64,000 nt of DNA. Origin: Takakia lepidozioides. Taxonomy: Eukaryota > Plantae > Bryophyta. Location of the stretch: NCBI GenBank assembly GCA_030704615.1, contig CM060734.1:57474001-57538000 (forward strand), given 5' to 3'. Of the stretch, positions 1 through 13,290 are shown piece after piece. Made by a program: the position numbers and the translations under genes. Positions within the stretch are counted from its first letter, which is position 1; each line of letters begins with the position of its first letter. Below the pieces are notes generated by a model that was not told where the DNA came from, did no database searches, and saw nothing but the letters and a program-made list of their open reading frames with translations.

Positions 1-699
1 TTTATGATTGAGGTCATGACTTTGGAATGAGGAGATCGCCCACTAGAAAACTGAATATTAAAAGCAAACCTTTTGTTTTGCAAAGCAGTACATTCATTCC
101 AACCCACAAACATTTTTCAATTCCGGAATCCGAAGACCTACCCCAAGCAATCCCTAAATGTACTTACAGGAACGCGCAAAGAACTTGAAAAACAGTTTGG
201 GGATGGAAGCAAAACCAAAACACAATTTATTGAGCCTCGGTACTTGAACCTCAAGAACTATTGGAGGTTTCAGAGGAACCACTTCCAGAGTTTATAGCAA
301 TATCATCTATGAATACAGCAGCACGTCCGCGACATTTTTTTTTTCCACGACCTTCATGTAGATGCGAATACATTGTTTGTTGGGATAACACCCGTGCGCA
401 AGCTTCAGCGTAAACCGGCAAGCGGTAAGCTCTAGGGGGACTCGGGGACATGTAGTGTCCTTGGAAACCGAAAGGTGTCTACTGATTCGATGACTGGTGC
501 CGAACTCTGGAAAGCAAAAAGAGGAATGGTGGTAGATGTTAACATCCAGATATAGACAATGTAAGCAACCATCTGTCAAACGGGAATGACACAAGTACAT
601 GCAACATATTTTGCACGACTACAGCCGAACTTACTCACACTCAAAATCGGAGTCCACGTCGAGATCCTCCTCAGGCGCTTCGGCTCCTCCAGAAGTCCC

Positions 700-1629
700 T
701 GTGTGGATGGGGCAGAAGTAGTGCCTGACTCAAGCTGACAAAGCTCGCTTGAGAAGAGCTCCGTATCAGCCTCCATGCCGAAGAAGTGCCTTCTGGCGCT
801 CTTGCAAGCATGAAAAGATGCTCCTGCAAATCCAAGACGAACGAGAAATTAAAACAGGGCTTCCCTAAGGTCACTGCCCATATGTCAAACACAATGTGAA
901 GGGCCCCACCTGTGCCCATAGACAAATCAACCACTCGTCCACCATGACGGCTGCATGTCTCCACCAAAGTCTGCATGAAAGCTGGAGATTTCTCCCGTGC
1001 ACCTCTCCAAGGGACATCAATCGACCTTTTCATAGTTCAACCCGAGTCGACGTAATTGAAGATAACATCATCCTCCACAGGCTCGCAGGTGGGGTCAATG
1101 TGAGCGGCAAGGTCCCTCAACTGGAACTCAGCAACACCAGGAGGAAGAGTGTCCTTCCGCCTCACCAAGCACAAAGCTTCGAACACCCGAGTCTGTCAAT
1201 AATCACGAAGAGAGCATGAGGCAAAAGACATAACCTACCTGTTGATTTACTGAAAAACCACGAAACTTTAATTGAAAGGAACCAACTCACTTTCTGCCCC
1301 GGGAACTCGCCCTTCGTAAGAGGCAGAGTATTGATGCATGTCCAAATTTTGATGACACGAAACCCGGAAGCTTTCATGTAGCTGAAAAGAGTTCTTCGCG
1401 CCAACGTGTCCTTTGACTGCATGAGAAGAAGAGCCCCCGAGTCAGAAAGGAATTTGTTGCTGAATGAGAAAGCCCACTGCCAGTAACGAGAATCCGATTT
1501 GTTCCAAGTCGGGGTCGAATTGGAAGGGAACACATCAGGGACAGGAAAACCGTCAGGAATGTCCAGCACCACAAGGTCAGTCGCGTATGCCTGCTGAACT
1601 CCATTCACCCAATCCGGACTTTTTGTGAC
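700..1629 (-). CDS. Exons encoding SAM-dependent amino-methyltransferase fold (N6_N4_Mtase, beta motif order IV then I)
   Basis: Motif IV-like LDIPD (about 1552-1566), FLSDSGALLL (LKPGG-like), WTC, motif I DLSMGTGAS split by intron 909-824, then RHFFGME. Confidence 0.75.
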
Positions 1630-2484
1630 CTACAGCAAAAAACAGGAGACAGTGTAAGAAGCCAAATCCAAATCCAGCACGAGATCAATACCCTGGACAA
1701 GTCAGAACAAGTGGCCAAACCAAAATCACTCATACAACAGTTAAGACATATGTGCTTACCTGAGTGAGGAACGAAACAAGCATGTCCCATGATTTCGAGG
1801 GCACCCCTTTGAATGTGGACTTCCTGGACTCCATCATTGCAAGAAAACTTTCATTCAGCACCTTATGATTGAACTGTCCCAAAACCCTGGAGGGATGTTC
1901 TCTCGCCTCGAAAGGCTGCTCCCTCGACTTTGATGTTCTCCTATCCGTCCTAGTTGGAGAAGGCTATCTTTCAGCGACCTCTGACGGTCCCTGTCCTTGC
2001 GGAGCTGCACTTTTCCCCTTCCCCTTAGGATCCCCGACAATCTTCCCCTTTCGTTTTGGAGTAGCAGATTTCTCGGGCTCTTTTGCAGCCAGAGCAGAAA
2101 TGATTCTGTCTTGAATGTCTTTGTCAGCCAGTGGGGCAATTGTTGCGGCGTTGTCGTTCAGGTTTCTCAAAACAACTTCATCGAATGGTGTGTCCTGTTT
2201 TGGCAGGTCGAGGTACCACCCACGGTCTCTGAAGTGCACCTTGCTCCAGTCTCTGGCAATACCAGCCGTGTACATTGTCTTGTCATTGGAGGGGTCAGCC
2301 CATGAGTAGATGAAGTCTGGGTCATCGCTAAGGTACTTTCCCGGTATGAGGACATGATACATGTACCTGCACACACAAAATCCAGGCAATCATTCGATCT
2401 GAAAATGAAACAGATCACACATTAGGAAAAGGGTATTGAAATGCAGGTAAGCAACACTCAGAAATCAGCTTTTGCAATCCCGAA

Positions 2485-3107
2485 TCAACCTTGCATTGAC
2501 GTAATGTTGATTCGAGCAGAAATGGGAAACACAAAATGTGGAGAACTGTTCTTTGACAAGTGCAATTCAACATTGCTTCAACGCAAGGTTGTTTTCATTC
2601 ACAGAGGAAATGGAAAACAGTGCTTGAAAACAACCATTCGAATATCTACTGGTACGGATATTCAACATTGCGTTGGCGCAATGTAGAATTCCTCTGTTGA
2701 AACACATGTCCATGGTATCTGATAACCATAACTTTCCTACAATTGTATGGAAATCAGGGTATTGCTACGGGACATTTCTAGCAATCCATACCACCAAACA
2801 ATGTTGCGTCAACGCAAGTCTGTTTGTTGGTACAGTGTAAGCTCTAAATAACATTTCAAACAGACTCCAAACAGACTTTATGTTCATCTTGGCAGCATTG
2901 GAACTGGAAACGACAGCAAATTATAGCCCAAAAACACAGGTAAACCTACATAGCCTGGCCCTTCATCAACCTTGCGTTGACGCAAGGCTGATTTTCCTGT
3001 CAGTTTTTCACCTTTCACATGCAGAAAAATGGCATTATGGGATACCCCACGTATAGGAAATTGAAACCAAAACAACGGGATACAAGCTTGCGTTAACGCA
3101 ATGTTGC
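2485..3107. repeat. Six ~26-bp palindromes (TCAACCTTGC-GTYRAC-GCAAGGTTGA consensus) in the 3200-2367 intron
   Basis: Centres at about 2495, 2577, 2672, 2808, 2976 and 3092, with irregular unique spacers. Confidence 0.9.
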
Positions 3108-4341
3108 TCGAATGCACATCCAGAGCCCTCCGAGCTCCCTCAAAACCTACAAATTCGCAATTCTATATAGAAAGTACGACACAAGAATACAGAAACATGC
3201 CCTTCAAGTACCAAATTTGTTTCAAGGAGGTCACACCTGTACAACACTCGTTTCATTGCTTGCTTGTTGTTGTACTGGTTTTTGAATTCGTACGACCTGG
3301 AGATTCCTTCGTCTTTCTCAAACTCCCTGAAGAAGCAATTGTTCCAAACAGCGAGCTTCCATCTCCTGATATAGGCCTCCCGTGTGATCCGGGGGCAAGC
3401 CATCTGGATTTTGTAGTCTGCCATGGACTCCCCAAGTGCAGCGACTGCATGTTTTTCTAAGTGTAGCAAGAAAGTTCATAAGAATTTGGGAGACATTACG
3501 GAGCAACACTAATTTCTGAAAATGGTTTTGTGGAAACCATACCTGACTCCAGAATGTGGCTTTGTGTAGCCATTGGTCGAATGTGTGGTCGCTAACAACT
3601 TTTATTGCTTGTGTCTTCGAGTCCCTCTCAGGAGTTGGGAACATGTTGGTGTCTCTCACAAGTGGATCCAAATTCCAGATCTCCAACCACCTGATTTTGG
3701 TTGCATTGTCCACCATTGAAATGGAAAGACGATGTAGTTTCTCTTGAGTCATTTCTGGCTTGGAGCCATACTTGTCATAATGTGCTTTCACCTGCTCCAG
3801 AAATTCCGTGCCAAGACATGGATCTGCTATCCGGATTTGTTTGTCGAATGCACTCATGAGGTTCTTCCTTTGATTGTTCATCTCGAATTTCATCATGTCC
3901 TCAAGCCCAGTTGCAGACCTCTGCTCTTCTGTGTGGGAATCATAGTACTCTGCTTTCGCCTTCAAACCAGTTTCTGCTATTTCTTGCTGCATTCATAACA
4001 GGTAAAAAGAATCAAATAATGGCGTTTCTTGACAAAATTTGCAGTAACAACAAGCAAACAGGTGTCAAGAAGCTTACAGTGTACATGTAGTCAAGAAAAG
4101 CCTCTCTTGTCAAGCTGTACCATGTGCTTGAATTCTTCTCAGCACACCTCTTTATATGTTGAGGACTGAGCACGTTCGTGAATGAATCCAATTGCATCAG
4201 CCCTATCTTCTGGATGCGGAATAGAGTGTGGCAGAGATTGGTCGTCACATGGGAGGTTTCAATGGACCTGGAAAAACCTTCAACTCATAAGAGGATTTCA
4301 AATTGTGGGAATGCGGAACAGACACAATGTTGGCAACTTAC

Positions 4342-4940
4342 TTATTTATGTCGTGCATGGCTGTCAGGAGCTGCGTGACACGTCCTTTGTGGTCGAGAAC
4401 CATGGAAACCACGCTCCAGTGCCATTCGATGTCGTCCGTGTGCAAGCTTGAAATGTAATCCATCCAGGCAAACAGTCTTTGGTTCCCATCCCAGACAAAA
4501 AACATCTTTCCTATGAATGCTTTTGTGGAGGCCTTTTTGGACAGCTTAAACTCGAACTCCCTGTTTACATCCCGCCAGCATGCATCCCAACTTTGCTCAA
4601 TGTCCTCCGTTACAAGACACTCCTCTCCTTTCGTGTTCATAGTGGATACGTAGAACACTGCAGATCCCTTGACATAGCCGTTCACAAAGTCGTTCTTCAA
4701 CTTTGTGATGTCATTCCTCAATGCTGGTCGAACAACGGGCATGGAGATCATCCTGCAAAGCGGAATGACCAGGTTTCCGCCGGGAACCTCCATCGACAGA
4801 ATCACCTTCGACGAGTTCACTTTTTGCCCACCCATAATCTCCTCGGCCTTGTCTTCATAGTGTCCCTCCAATGACTCTTCCTCACAATCACCTTCTGACA
4901 CTGCCGAATCTTCCCCCACGGATTTCCTTTTTCTTTTCCT
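4342..4940 (-). CDS. Exon encoding ParB/Sulfiredoxin-like N-terminal domain
   Basis: IPLCRMISMPVVRPALRNDITKLKNDF...FFVWDGNQRLFAW resembles the ParB box II (DGxxR). Canonical splice sites. Confidence 0.75.
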
Positions 4941-4988
4941 CTGCAAAGAATGAACATCCTGTGAGTGACAAATTGAGCTCCCATGGAT

Positions 4989-5524
4989 CAAACCTTGCGT
5001 TGACGCAAGGTTGATTGATGGGGATGTAGCTTAGTCTGAAAGGCATCTCGGAATGTCTTTTGAACCCAATAAATGCTTTGCGTTGACGCAGGGTTCTTTT
5101 GGGAGCTTCAAATAATCAACTTTCCCTACCTTGCAGTTCATTGTATGAGAGTTCGGCCGCTGGGAGTGAACAAAAGAGGCATCAAAATCAGCCTCGCGTC
5201 AACGCAAGGTTGATTCGTGTGCTGCATCTGCTTCGTTTCACCTAAACCCTAAACATACACTCTGGAGGTCGGCATCAACCTTGCGTTGACGCAAGGTTGA
5301 TTAGGAGCTCTCGGATTGGTGTTCAACAAACAAAATATCTATTGGAAAAGTAGATTGCATTCTCTGCTTTCTTCTTAGAAATTGATGATGCATCGGGAGC
5401 ATTCATCTTTCCCATGTCTGCATAGCTTGATTGTAGTGCAACTTCTGCACTATTTTCATGCCCACAACATATACTTAGGAGGTCGACTTCAACCTTGAGT
5501 TGACGCAAGGTTGATGTCGACCTC
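4989..5524. repeat. Five ~26-bp palindromes of the same family in the first intron
   Basis: Centres at about 4999, 5082, 5198, 5285 and 5499. The last extends to a 46-bp near-perfect inverted repeat (5479-5524). Confidence 0.9.
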
Positions 5525-6711
5525 TATGTTTAGCATGAAACAGACAAAAACAGAGAGGGCAAAAGAGAGTTCATAGCCACCTCCGGTTTTTTCATTGCAC
5601 TTGATGATGCTCCTGAGGCATTCAACTTTTCCATGTGGTCTGGAGGTAGCATGCTTCCAAGGAGGTCCCGGTGGTGCGAAACAAGGGCAGACGGCATCGT
5701 TTCCGCGTCCATTTGTTCTCCCTGCTCTTTCAAGACCTGGTTCTCCACTCGCAGTGCTTTCTCCCGAGCCCAGCTCACTTCCTCGTCCTCCCCCCCTTCT
5801 ATTGGAGGTTGCTCTTTGTCGCCTCCGGGTCTTCCCCCCCTTCTATTGGAGGTTGCTCGTTGCAGAATCCTGTTTTGCCCTTCGTCCTCATCTCCGCCGG
5901 AGGTTTATTCTCCCATTCTAAGTTCCCGTCTTGCCTTCCTCATCCTCTCCTTAGCGCGTGCCCTTTGCTTGTTTGATGTGAAATAAAGTGTTCTTCGACG
6001 CTTGCTTCTCCCTCGGAATGGGGTCACCGTCTCTGCAGAATCCAGGGTTGCAAAGACAATAAGGAGAAGAAGGAAAAAGAGGGCTAGGGGAGGGTCACCG
6101 CAAGGCCTTCAACGCCAAGATGTTCACTCGGAACGACCTGTGCACCACATGGTCATTCCACATGCATGGCGAACACGTGCCCATCTAATCATTATGAATT
6201 TTTGCGGAAACATTAGTTCATCTTCCATCCAAAATTCGTTCGGGTATAAACTCCTCTCATCCGAAAAAGTTCATTATTGGGTAATCTCTTTTGGGATGTT
6301 TCAGAGGAATGTGAAGTATGTACAGTTGTACAGCGGTGCAGGTGCCGTTAAAATTGAATGGAAATGGGCATCTCTTCTGGACTCTTTGACATGACAGCCA
6401 AATGGCGGCTCTGTCAGTCAACTTGTCAACCAATGCACTGGTGGGGCACCTGTGAAAAAACAGTTGGATTCTTTGATTAGGGCTGACATTATGCACTCCG
6501 CATTTGGGCACTCTGTGACCATCCGCTTGGTTCGCACGGGGACACATTTCTTTGATGTGCCAACCCGCGTTAGGAGATTTGCAAGCAAGAGGGATACCTG
6601 CAATTGTGTGTAAGGACGTCTTCTATGCAGCCAAAAACTCCGCTCTAATACACCCTGCATACAGAAGCTCCATCGGACTGTGAACTCTGCGTTCTGAAGC
6701 AACATTGGCAG

Positions 6712-7059
6712 ATGGCCTCCCAGGCCATGGGCTCCCTTGACGCGGACTTCTTCAGTGAGGACCACCCTGTGCCAGGTGTATTGTTTTGTTTTGCGGTGGT
6801 GCATGAACTCGTCCTCGCAACGCAGTTTTGGTTGGAAAATGGAACTCTATTCCTTCAGAGGGAAGTGTACGATGCCAATGGAAAACTGCTCAAGTACGCG
6901 TTCCAGAAACCTTCGCATACTGCACCAACCACACAATGGAGAGTGCCTCTAGGCAGATACAGGGTGCTTAGTGCTCCTCGGAGACAGTCTGCAGGATCAT
7001 TCGTAACTCCTAGCACGGCAACATCAGTGGTCCATGTGTAGTTGAGCTTTCGGACTCGT
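6712..7059 (+). pseudogene. Probable 5' part of the MULE transposase gene, cut by the LTR element
   Basis: Removing the LTR element and one TSD gives VVELSDSSSDDACAIPP, in frame with the downstream transposase. The upstream part has stops and frameshifts. Confidence 0.5.
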
Positions 7060-7785
7060 TGTCGCGCACCTCACTTCGGTAAGCTCCCCTTCAAGTCATA
7101 GTTACTCGCTTTGATGCGCGCGCCTGACTCCCAACCTGGCCGCCGGGCAACTTGGAGCTTCGGCTGCTCACCGGGACATAACGGTCCCCCTTCGCTCTCC
7201 CACTAAACCCTCCACCTATTTGGGCCTAGTGGAATTCCCTTTTGGTAGATGGCAGTCCGGAACAGCTCCCCACTCTTTGGTCGCTTTCCGGCTCGTTCGC
7301 TTACTCACTAGTTTTTGGTCACCAACGGGCTTGCACCGTTCTCGGGGTCACTACTCCCCTTATATATACTTCTGTAGCTGTCCGCGGGGGTTTCACAACC
7401 AGCCATGCCATTTTATGGCGAACCACCACGAAAACCCTCGACTCCGGGTGGTGAGTCGCGGTGAGTCTTGGCCCACTTACCACGGCCCCATTGGGCCGTG
7501 ATGAGTCCCAAGACTCCCCACGACTCCCACCACGAGGTCTCCACCCCATGGTGAGTCCTATGCCACCCCCACTAAGTCCCGCTAAGCTACCACCACCCCT
7601 TGTGGAGCCACCCCCACCGCAACCCGGTGTGCGGGGCTCCACCTAGTGAGCGCCTCTGCCTCCTTGAGTGCCTTGGGCACTCAAGGGTGCTTCAGCCCCC
7701 GTACCTATCGCTGCTACTGCCCCCACCACAGGGGCAGCCCCTTCTGTGTCCCGACCCCTTGCCCTCAAGGCAAAGGGCCGCGACA
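7060..7785 (-). repeat. 3' LTR of chromovirus
   Basis: TGTCGCG...CGCGACA termini, near-identical to 13291-14017; purine tract GGTAGGGGTGTG on - strand abuts it. Confidence 0.95.
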
Positions 7786-8686
7786 CACACCCCTACCAAC
7801 AGGGAGTCGATGTCCTCATCGACTTGTCCATTTTGTAGAAACGAACATCCAAGTTGTGGCGTCCCACATCAAGGAGTTTGTTTCCGCACCATGGCGTCCC
7901 ATGGCAAAGAACCAAACCCCACACTTGACTTTACTCTCCACTAGCTAGTTCGGCCGACTTCCTCCAAGTCCCGGCCAAGGGTGGAGCCTCTCCAGCTCCT
8001 CCCAGTGCACTCTTCTTGGCCTACTTCAAGGCCAAGGAACGATCCTCCCCGAGGATCGAATCGCCTTACTGCAACAACATTGCTTGCGACCGCTCATGAT
8101 GCCGCTTTTGGCATCACCTTGAGGGTTCACCTGGAACCCTCTTTGACTAGGAAGATAACCTTGAACCAACCGTGCGCCCCAATCACTACAATTGGGTCCG
8201 CCTTGGAATGCTGGCCTGAGGTACGGGAACACGCCGAAGCCGCACTACGACTTCGTCCCGAGGCTACACGATTATAGTACGTGAACGGAAGCACGTAGCT
8301 TCCGCGTTAGCCCGCACTACAAGGCAACCCCCTCGGTAGCGCAGTTATAGTATGCGCACGCGCCAGGTGCGCACTAGCACGTGAACTCCCAAAGAAGGCG
8401 CAAGTTTCCTTGCCCCTTGGATGGAGGTCACCCGATTTCGGCACTACGCAAACACACGATTAACCCAATTTACCTCTCCCACTTTTATAAGCTAGCATGC
8501 ATTCTACACACTAGCCAACCATACCATGCATCACCATTCCAAACAAAATAGGACGCACAACATTTGGAAGCCATTTCATTTATAGCACGTTTTGTACAAT
8601 ACAAGTTTTTGCAATCGGATTCCTAAGCTAGCTAAGCCGGGCTAAGCATGCATTTCCTCCCCCACGCTCCAAGGTTGATGTCCCCA

Positions 8687-11600
8687 TCAACGCTTCTTCC
8701 GCTTTTGAGGTCGCCCTTCGAAAGCTGCAACCGCCTCGGATGCGTTTCCCATTTCTGAGGCACGCACCCAAGATGCCTCCACATGATGATAGCCCTTCCA
8801 TTTGACGAGATACTCCGTTTCTCGGTTCTTGAACCTCCTCGACTTAAGTATTGCCTCCACCTCGTACTCAGGTTCATTTTCATGATCCAACAGCATAGGT
8901 GGCGGACGCAACACTTGATGCCGATTCGGACGCGCTTCATCTTTGAAGTAAGGCTTCAAAAGGGAGACATGGAATACTGGGTGCACCTTGCTGTTTGCCG
9001 GCAGCTCCAATTCATACAATCCTCATTCATAACCTTCCGAATGCGAAAGGGTCCCGCATACGGAGGTACGAACTTCGGACTCACTTCCGGAGGTAGTCGG
9101 ATTGATGTTCAACCAGACCTCCGTGCCTGCCTCAAACTTCACTTTCCTCCGCTTCCGATTCGCCTGCCTTTCATACCGTTTCCTAGCTTTGGCAATGTTG
9201 TACTTTGCGAGCTTCAACAAACGCTCGCGTTCTTCCAGTACCGCCGTTACTGCTGGTTCCTCAACGTCCTGGGCGCCCAACTTGTCGGCACCAGAGGTGC
9301 TTTTCCATAGACCAATACGAAAGGGGAAACTCCCGTTGCGGAGTGTTCGTGTTTTGTGTTATTATAACAGAACTCTGCCGCGTCTAAGTGTTCCACCCAG
9401 TCTGTTTGGTCTGCCGACACGTAATTCCGCAAGATCTGCTTCACTACGGAATTCACTCTTTCTGTTTGGCCGTCGGTCGGAAGGCGGTGCTCATCTTCAG
9501 CCTCGTCCCCATCTTCTTCCAAAGTGTCCTCCAAAATTTACTCGTAAACTTTGGATCGCGGTCCGAGACAATATCCTTCGGGACTCCATGATGCTTTAAG
9601 ACGTGGGCAAAGTAAAGTCGCCCTGTCTCCTGCGCCGTTGCCGTCTCCTTGGTGGGGATGAAATGGCCCATTTTACTGAACCTATCCACCACCACCATGA
9701 TTGCATCGAATCCTTTTGACAGCGGCATAGCAGTCATGAAATCCATCGAGACGCTTTCCCAAGTCCCCTCTGGAATCGGCAAGGGTTGTAACAGCCCCGC
9801 TTGCTTTTTGTACTCGCTCCGGTTTTGTTGGCATGTGGTGCATGTCTTGACATACTCCTCTGCCTCCTCCCTCAGTTTGGGCCAGAAATACTCTTTCTTC
9901 AAGAGTGCCGCAATGCGCTTGGCTCCGCCGTGGCCCGCAAGCGGGCTATCATGACATTCTCTCAAGAGGCTATCTCTGATCCCTCCCTTCGGCACGTAGA
10001 GACGCTTTTGCTTATACCGGAGCAGTCCATTTTGCAAGTGGAACTGCGATTTAACCCCCATCCTCAAGTCCTGCATCACGGACTTCGCTAGCTCATCCTT
10101 CCGGCAAGCCTTCCGGATCTTCCTTTGGAGCGCCGTCTCGCCCTTGTACACCAACAAGAGCTGCTGCTTTCTACTTAAAGCATCGGCCACCACGTTGTCT
10201 CGTCCCGGTTTGTACTGGATATCCACGTCGAACACCGCCAAAGTATCTTGCCACCTAAGTTGTTTTGGGGACAACTTGGGCTGCGTGGCAAAATACTTCA
10301 CCGTGACATTGTCCGTGAACACCTTCACTGGGTTGGAACCAACATAGTGGCGCCAAAGCTCAAGACAATGCACCACCGCCTTCATCTCTTTCTCGTGCGT
10401 CGGCCACCGTCGCTCCACTTCATTCAGTTTCTTACTTTCGTAAGCCACTGGACGTCCATCTTGCATCAGTACACCCCCAATCGCGAAGTCCGACGCATCT
10501 GTATGTATCTCGAACGGACGATCGAACTCCGGGATTTTCAAGACTGGAGCTTCCGCCATCCGCTGCTTCAATTCAGCAAAAGCTTGGCCACAAAAGGTGT
10601 TCCATGCCCAGACTTTAGATTTACACAGAAGGTCTGACAGCGGCCCCGCGATTTGGCAAAATTTCTCACATACTTCCGGTAATAGGAGGCGAGTCCTAGG
10701 AAGGATCGCACTCCCGAGACCGAAGTCGGAGGCTCCCAGTCCAAAATTCCCTCACCTTTCTGTCATCCATTTTGATCCCATCCTGTGTAATCACATGCCC
10801 CAGGAACTCCACTTTTGTGACCCCGAATTCGCACTTTGAAGCTTTGGCATACAGCTTCCCTTCCCGCAATTTCTGGAACACCCTTTTGAGGTGCTCCAGG
10901 TGCTCCTCTTTGTTTTCGAATACACCAAGATGTCGTCGATGTACACGATCACAAAGTCATCCAACCACTCCTGGAAAAGGCTGTTCATCAGCGTGCTAAA
11001 TGTCGCTGGTGCATTGGTGAGCCCAAAAGGCATCACCAAGAACTCATATGAACCATACCTTGTCCTGCACGCGGTCTTCTCCTCATCTCCTTCCGCCACC
11101 CGAATTTGATGATAGCCGGAGCGCAAGTCGATCCGGCTGAAATACTTCGCTCCTGCCAACCGATCGAAGAGGTCGTCGATCCTTGGCAAAGGGTACCGGT
11201 TTTTGATAGTCACCTTATTCAGAGCCCTGTAATCGACACACATCCGCAGCGTCCCATCCTTTTGTCTGCAAATAGCACCGGGGCTCCGTAAGGTGACTTA
11301 CTCGGCCGGATGTACCCCTTTGACATTAGATCTTTGAGCTGAGTCTTCAGCTCGACCAACTCTCTGTGGCTCAACCGGTAGGGCGCCTTGGCAGGCGGTT
11401 CCGATCCCGGTATCACCTCAATCTTGTGGTCAACTCCTCTTCGCGGTGGCAAGCCGCTTGGCAAATCCTCCGGCATCACATCATGGTATTTCTCCAAAAT
11501 CCCCTTGATCCAATCTGGGCTCGGCTCTCCATCGCCTTCTCCCTTCACTTCTCTAATGTAAAGCAAAAACTGGGGCTCGTGTGCCTCCTCCACGGCCCAC

Positions 11601-13160
11601 TCCCTTGCTGACAGAAGGTTTATTCGCCCTCCCACGGGTTTGGGCGTTTCCGAAACTCGTAAGACCTCGCCACCATTCCAACATGGCAGCGTGACTACCC
11701 TCTTGCGGCCATCTATGACCGCTCCGGATTTGCTCAAAAAGGTCATCCCCAAAATGAGATCCACTCCATCGATCTCGCAGACGGTGAAGTTCTCACGTCC
11801 CTCCCAACTCCCCAGTTGAAGAGGAACATCGAACGCCAACCTCGTCGCCAATTGCGGTTCTCCTTTGGCAGAACGCACCTCAATAGAGGCCCCTACGTCA
11901 GTTGTCGGGAGTCCCAGCTTTTGTGCCGTTGCCGGTGTCATGAAGGAGTGCGACGCTCCTGTGTCCACCAACAATGACACGTTAGTTCCGGATATTATCC
12001 CATCCACGAACAATAAGTGACTCCCTTTACGCAATGCGCCAGTTTCCTGATACAACTCACAAGAATATTTGCCTACCTTGCAAGTCCTGGCGACCACCGC
12101 TTCCACCAAGCGACTGATGGTATCTCCGACAGCTCCGTGGTTGCCCGAGTCATGTTCAATTGTCGGGGTTTCGTGCACTTCTTGGCCATGTGCCCGGGCT
12201 CTCCGCAATTGAAACACACTCCATCAAAGGTCGCCTTCTGTCCGCCATAAGCCGCTCCACCCGCTTTTCCTTTCGAAGCACCGGGTGCCGCCTTGACGTG
12301 TGAAGGCCCTCCCTTCGATTTCCACATGCCATTGTCGCCGCGTGGCCTATCCCACTTCTTTTCCGGTCGGAAGGAGTCACCTTCCCGCCGGGTCTTTTGT
12401 GGTTCAGCTCCGTACGGCCTTGTCTTTCACCCCTAGGGACATCTGAGAAACATTCAGCCCTCTCAATTGCCTCGTTCAAAGTCTTAGGTGGCTTCTCCTC
12501 CAACTTCCGCCTGGCCCATGGGGCCAATCCCGCCACAAAGTTGAAGACCATTTCTGGTTCTGCCATGTCCGCGACTTCGAGCAACAGCACATTGAAAGCC
12601 TGGACATATCCCCGAATGTCATCTGTTTGCTTCAAATTCCTCATCTTGTCCCGGGCAAGCCAGGACGCGTTGAGGGGCACAAACTGTCGCTTCATCAATT
12701 CCTTGAACCCACTCCAGTTCAAGGTTTCCGGACTTGGACCTCGGTCGTGAAGGCGTTTCTGCCACCATTGTTGAGCATAGCCCCTCAAATAGGTGGGAGC
12801 CACTTCCACCCGATCCTCGTCACTCAACTTGGCCGCCCGAAAGTACTGCTCTAGCTCCAAGAGCCAGGTGTTGAGTGCCTTCCGATTTCGGACGCCCTCG
12901 AAGGTGCCGGGTTCCTTAGGCTTCACCTTAAACTTTGCCTTAGTGGAAGTGGCATTAGCCGCCTTCAACACGTCTTTCAACGTCCCGCCAAACTGCGCCA
13001 ACAACCCTTCCCAAAAAGCTGCCGGCATGGGAGGCATCTGTTGGTCTGTCGGAGCTCTCAGGGATTCCTCGGGCTCCGACTCCTCGGATTCCTCCCGCTC
13101 TTGAGCGGCCTCGTTTTCAGAAACCTGCGTCGCTTCCTCAAACGGCCGCTTCGGTAACAC
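8687..13160 (-). pseudogene. gag-pol polyprotein (gag, zinc knuckle, protease, RT, RNase H, integrase, chromodomain), frameshifted
   Basis: PKEPGTFEG gag; CFNCGEPGHMAKKC; LVDTGASHSF; YIDDILVYS; TDASDFAIG; ECHDSPLAGH and SDRDPKF integrase; YEVEAIL...YLVKWKGY...SW chromodomain. Split over several ORFs. Confidence 0.95.
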
Positions 13161-13276
13161 GTCACCCCCATCGGGCTCACTAGGATCATCATCTTTTGGG
13201 CCGTTCCGCTATTGCTTTGGCTTGCCCGACCCCATGATGAGGCCAATCCCAAGGACGATCGCGTACTGAACTCTAA

Positions 13277-13288
13277 GCTCTGATACCA
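13277..13288 (-). promoter_or_regulatory. Primer-binding site, tRNA-iMet
   Basis: TGGTATCAGAGC on - strand, 2 nt inside the 5' LTR. Confidence 0.92.
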
Positions 13289-13290
13289 AG

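Larger units (their letters stand above)
640..6035 (-). pseudogene. Multi-exon ParB/Srx-domain + beta-class N6A/N4C DNA methyltransferase-like fusion gene (about 1100 aa), disrupted
   Basis: Exons splice in phase: ~6035-5581, 4940-4342, 4267-4078, 3986-3543, 3456-3201, 2366-1760, 1629-1291, 1192-910, 823-~640 (GT-AG introns, one GC-AG). ParB-like motifs VVRP...FFVWDGNQRLFAW; MTase motif IV-like DLVVLDIPDG; REKSPAFMQTLVETCSRHGGRVVDLSMGTG/ASFHACKSARRHFFGMEAD matches the QKP...VLDPFxGSGTT...GRxFIGIE pattern. Stops at 1037-1039, 1964-1966 and in exon 1; one frameshift near 3393. Confidence 0.8.

Noticed and set aside
2485-5524. CRISPR-like array (palindromic repeats with unique spacers)
   Set aside because: Spacers are irregular (about 55-190 bp), the repeats sit in spliceosomal introns, there are no cas genes, and the context is eukaryotic.
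7220-8277. Short ORFs in the LTR and 3' UTR of the chromovirus
   Set aside because: GC-rich chance ORFs, duplicated only because the LTRs are duplicated; no motifs.
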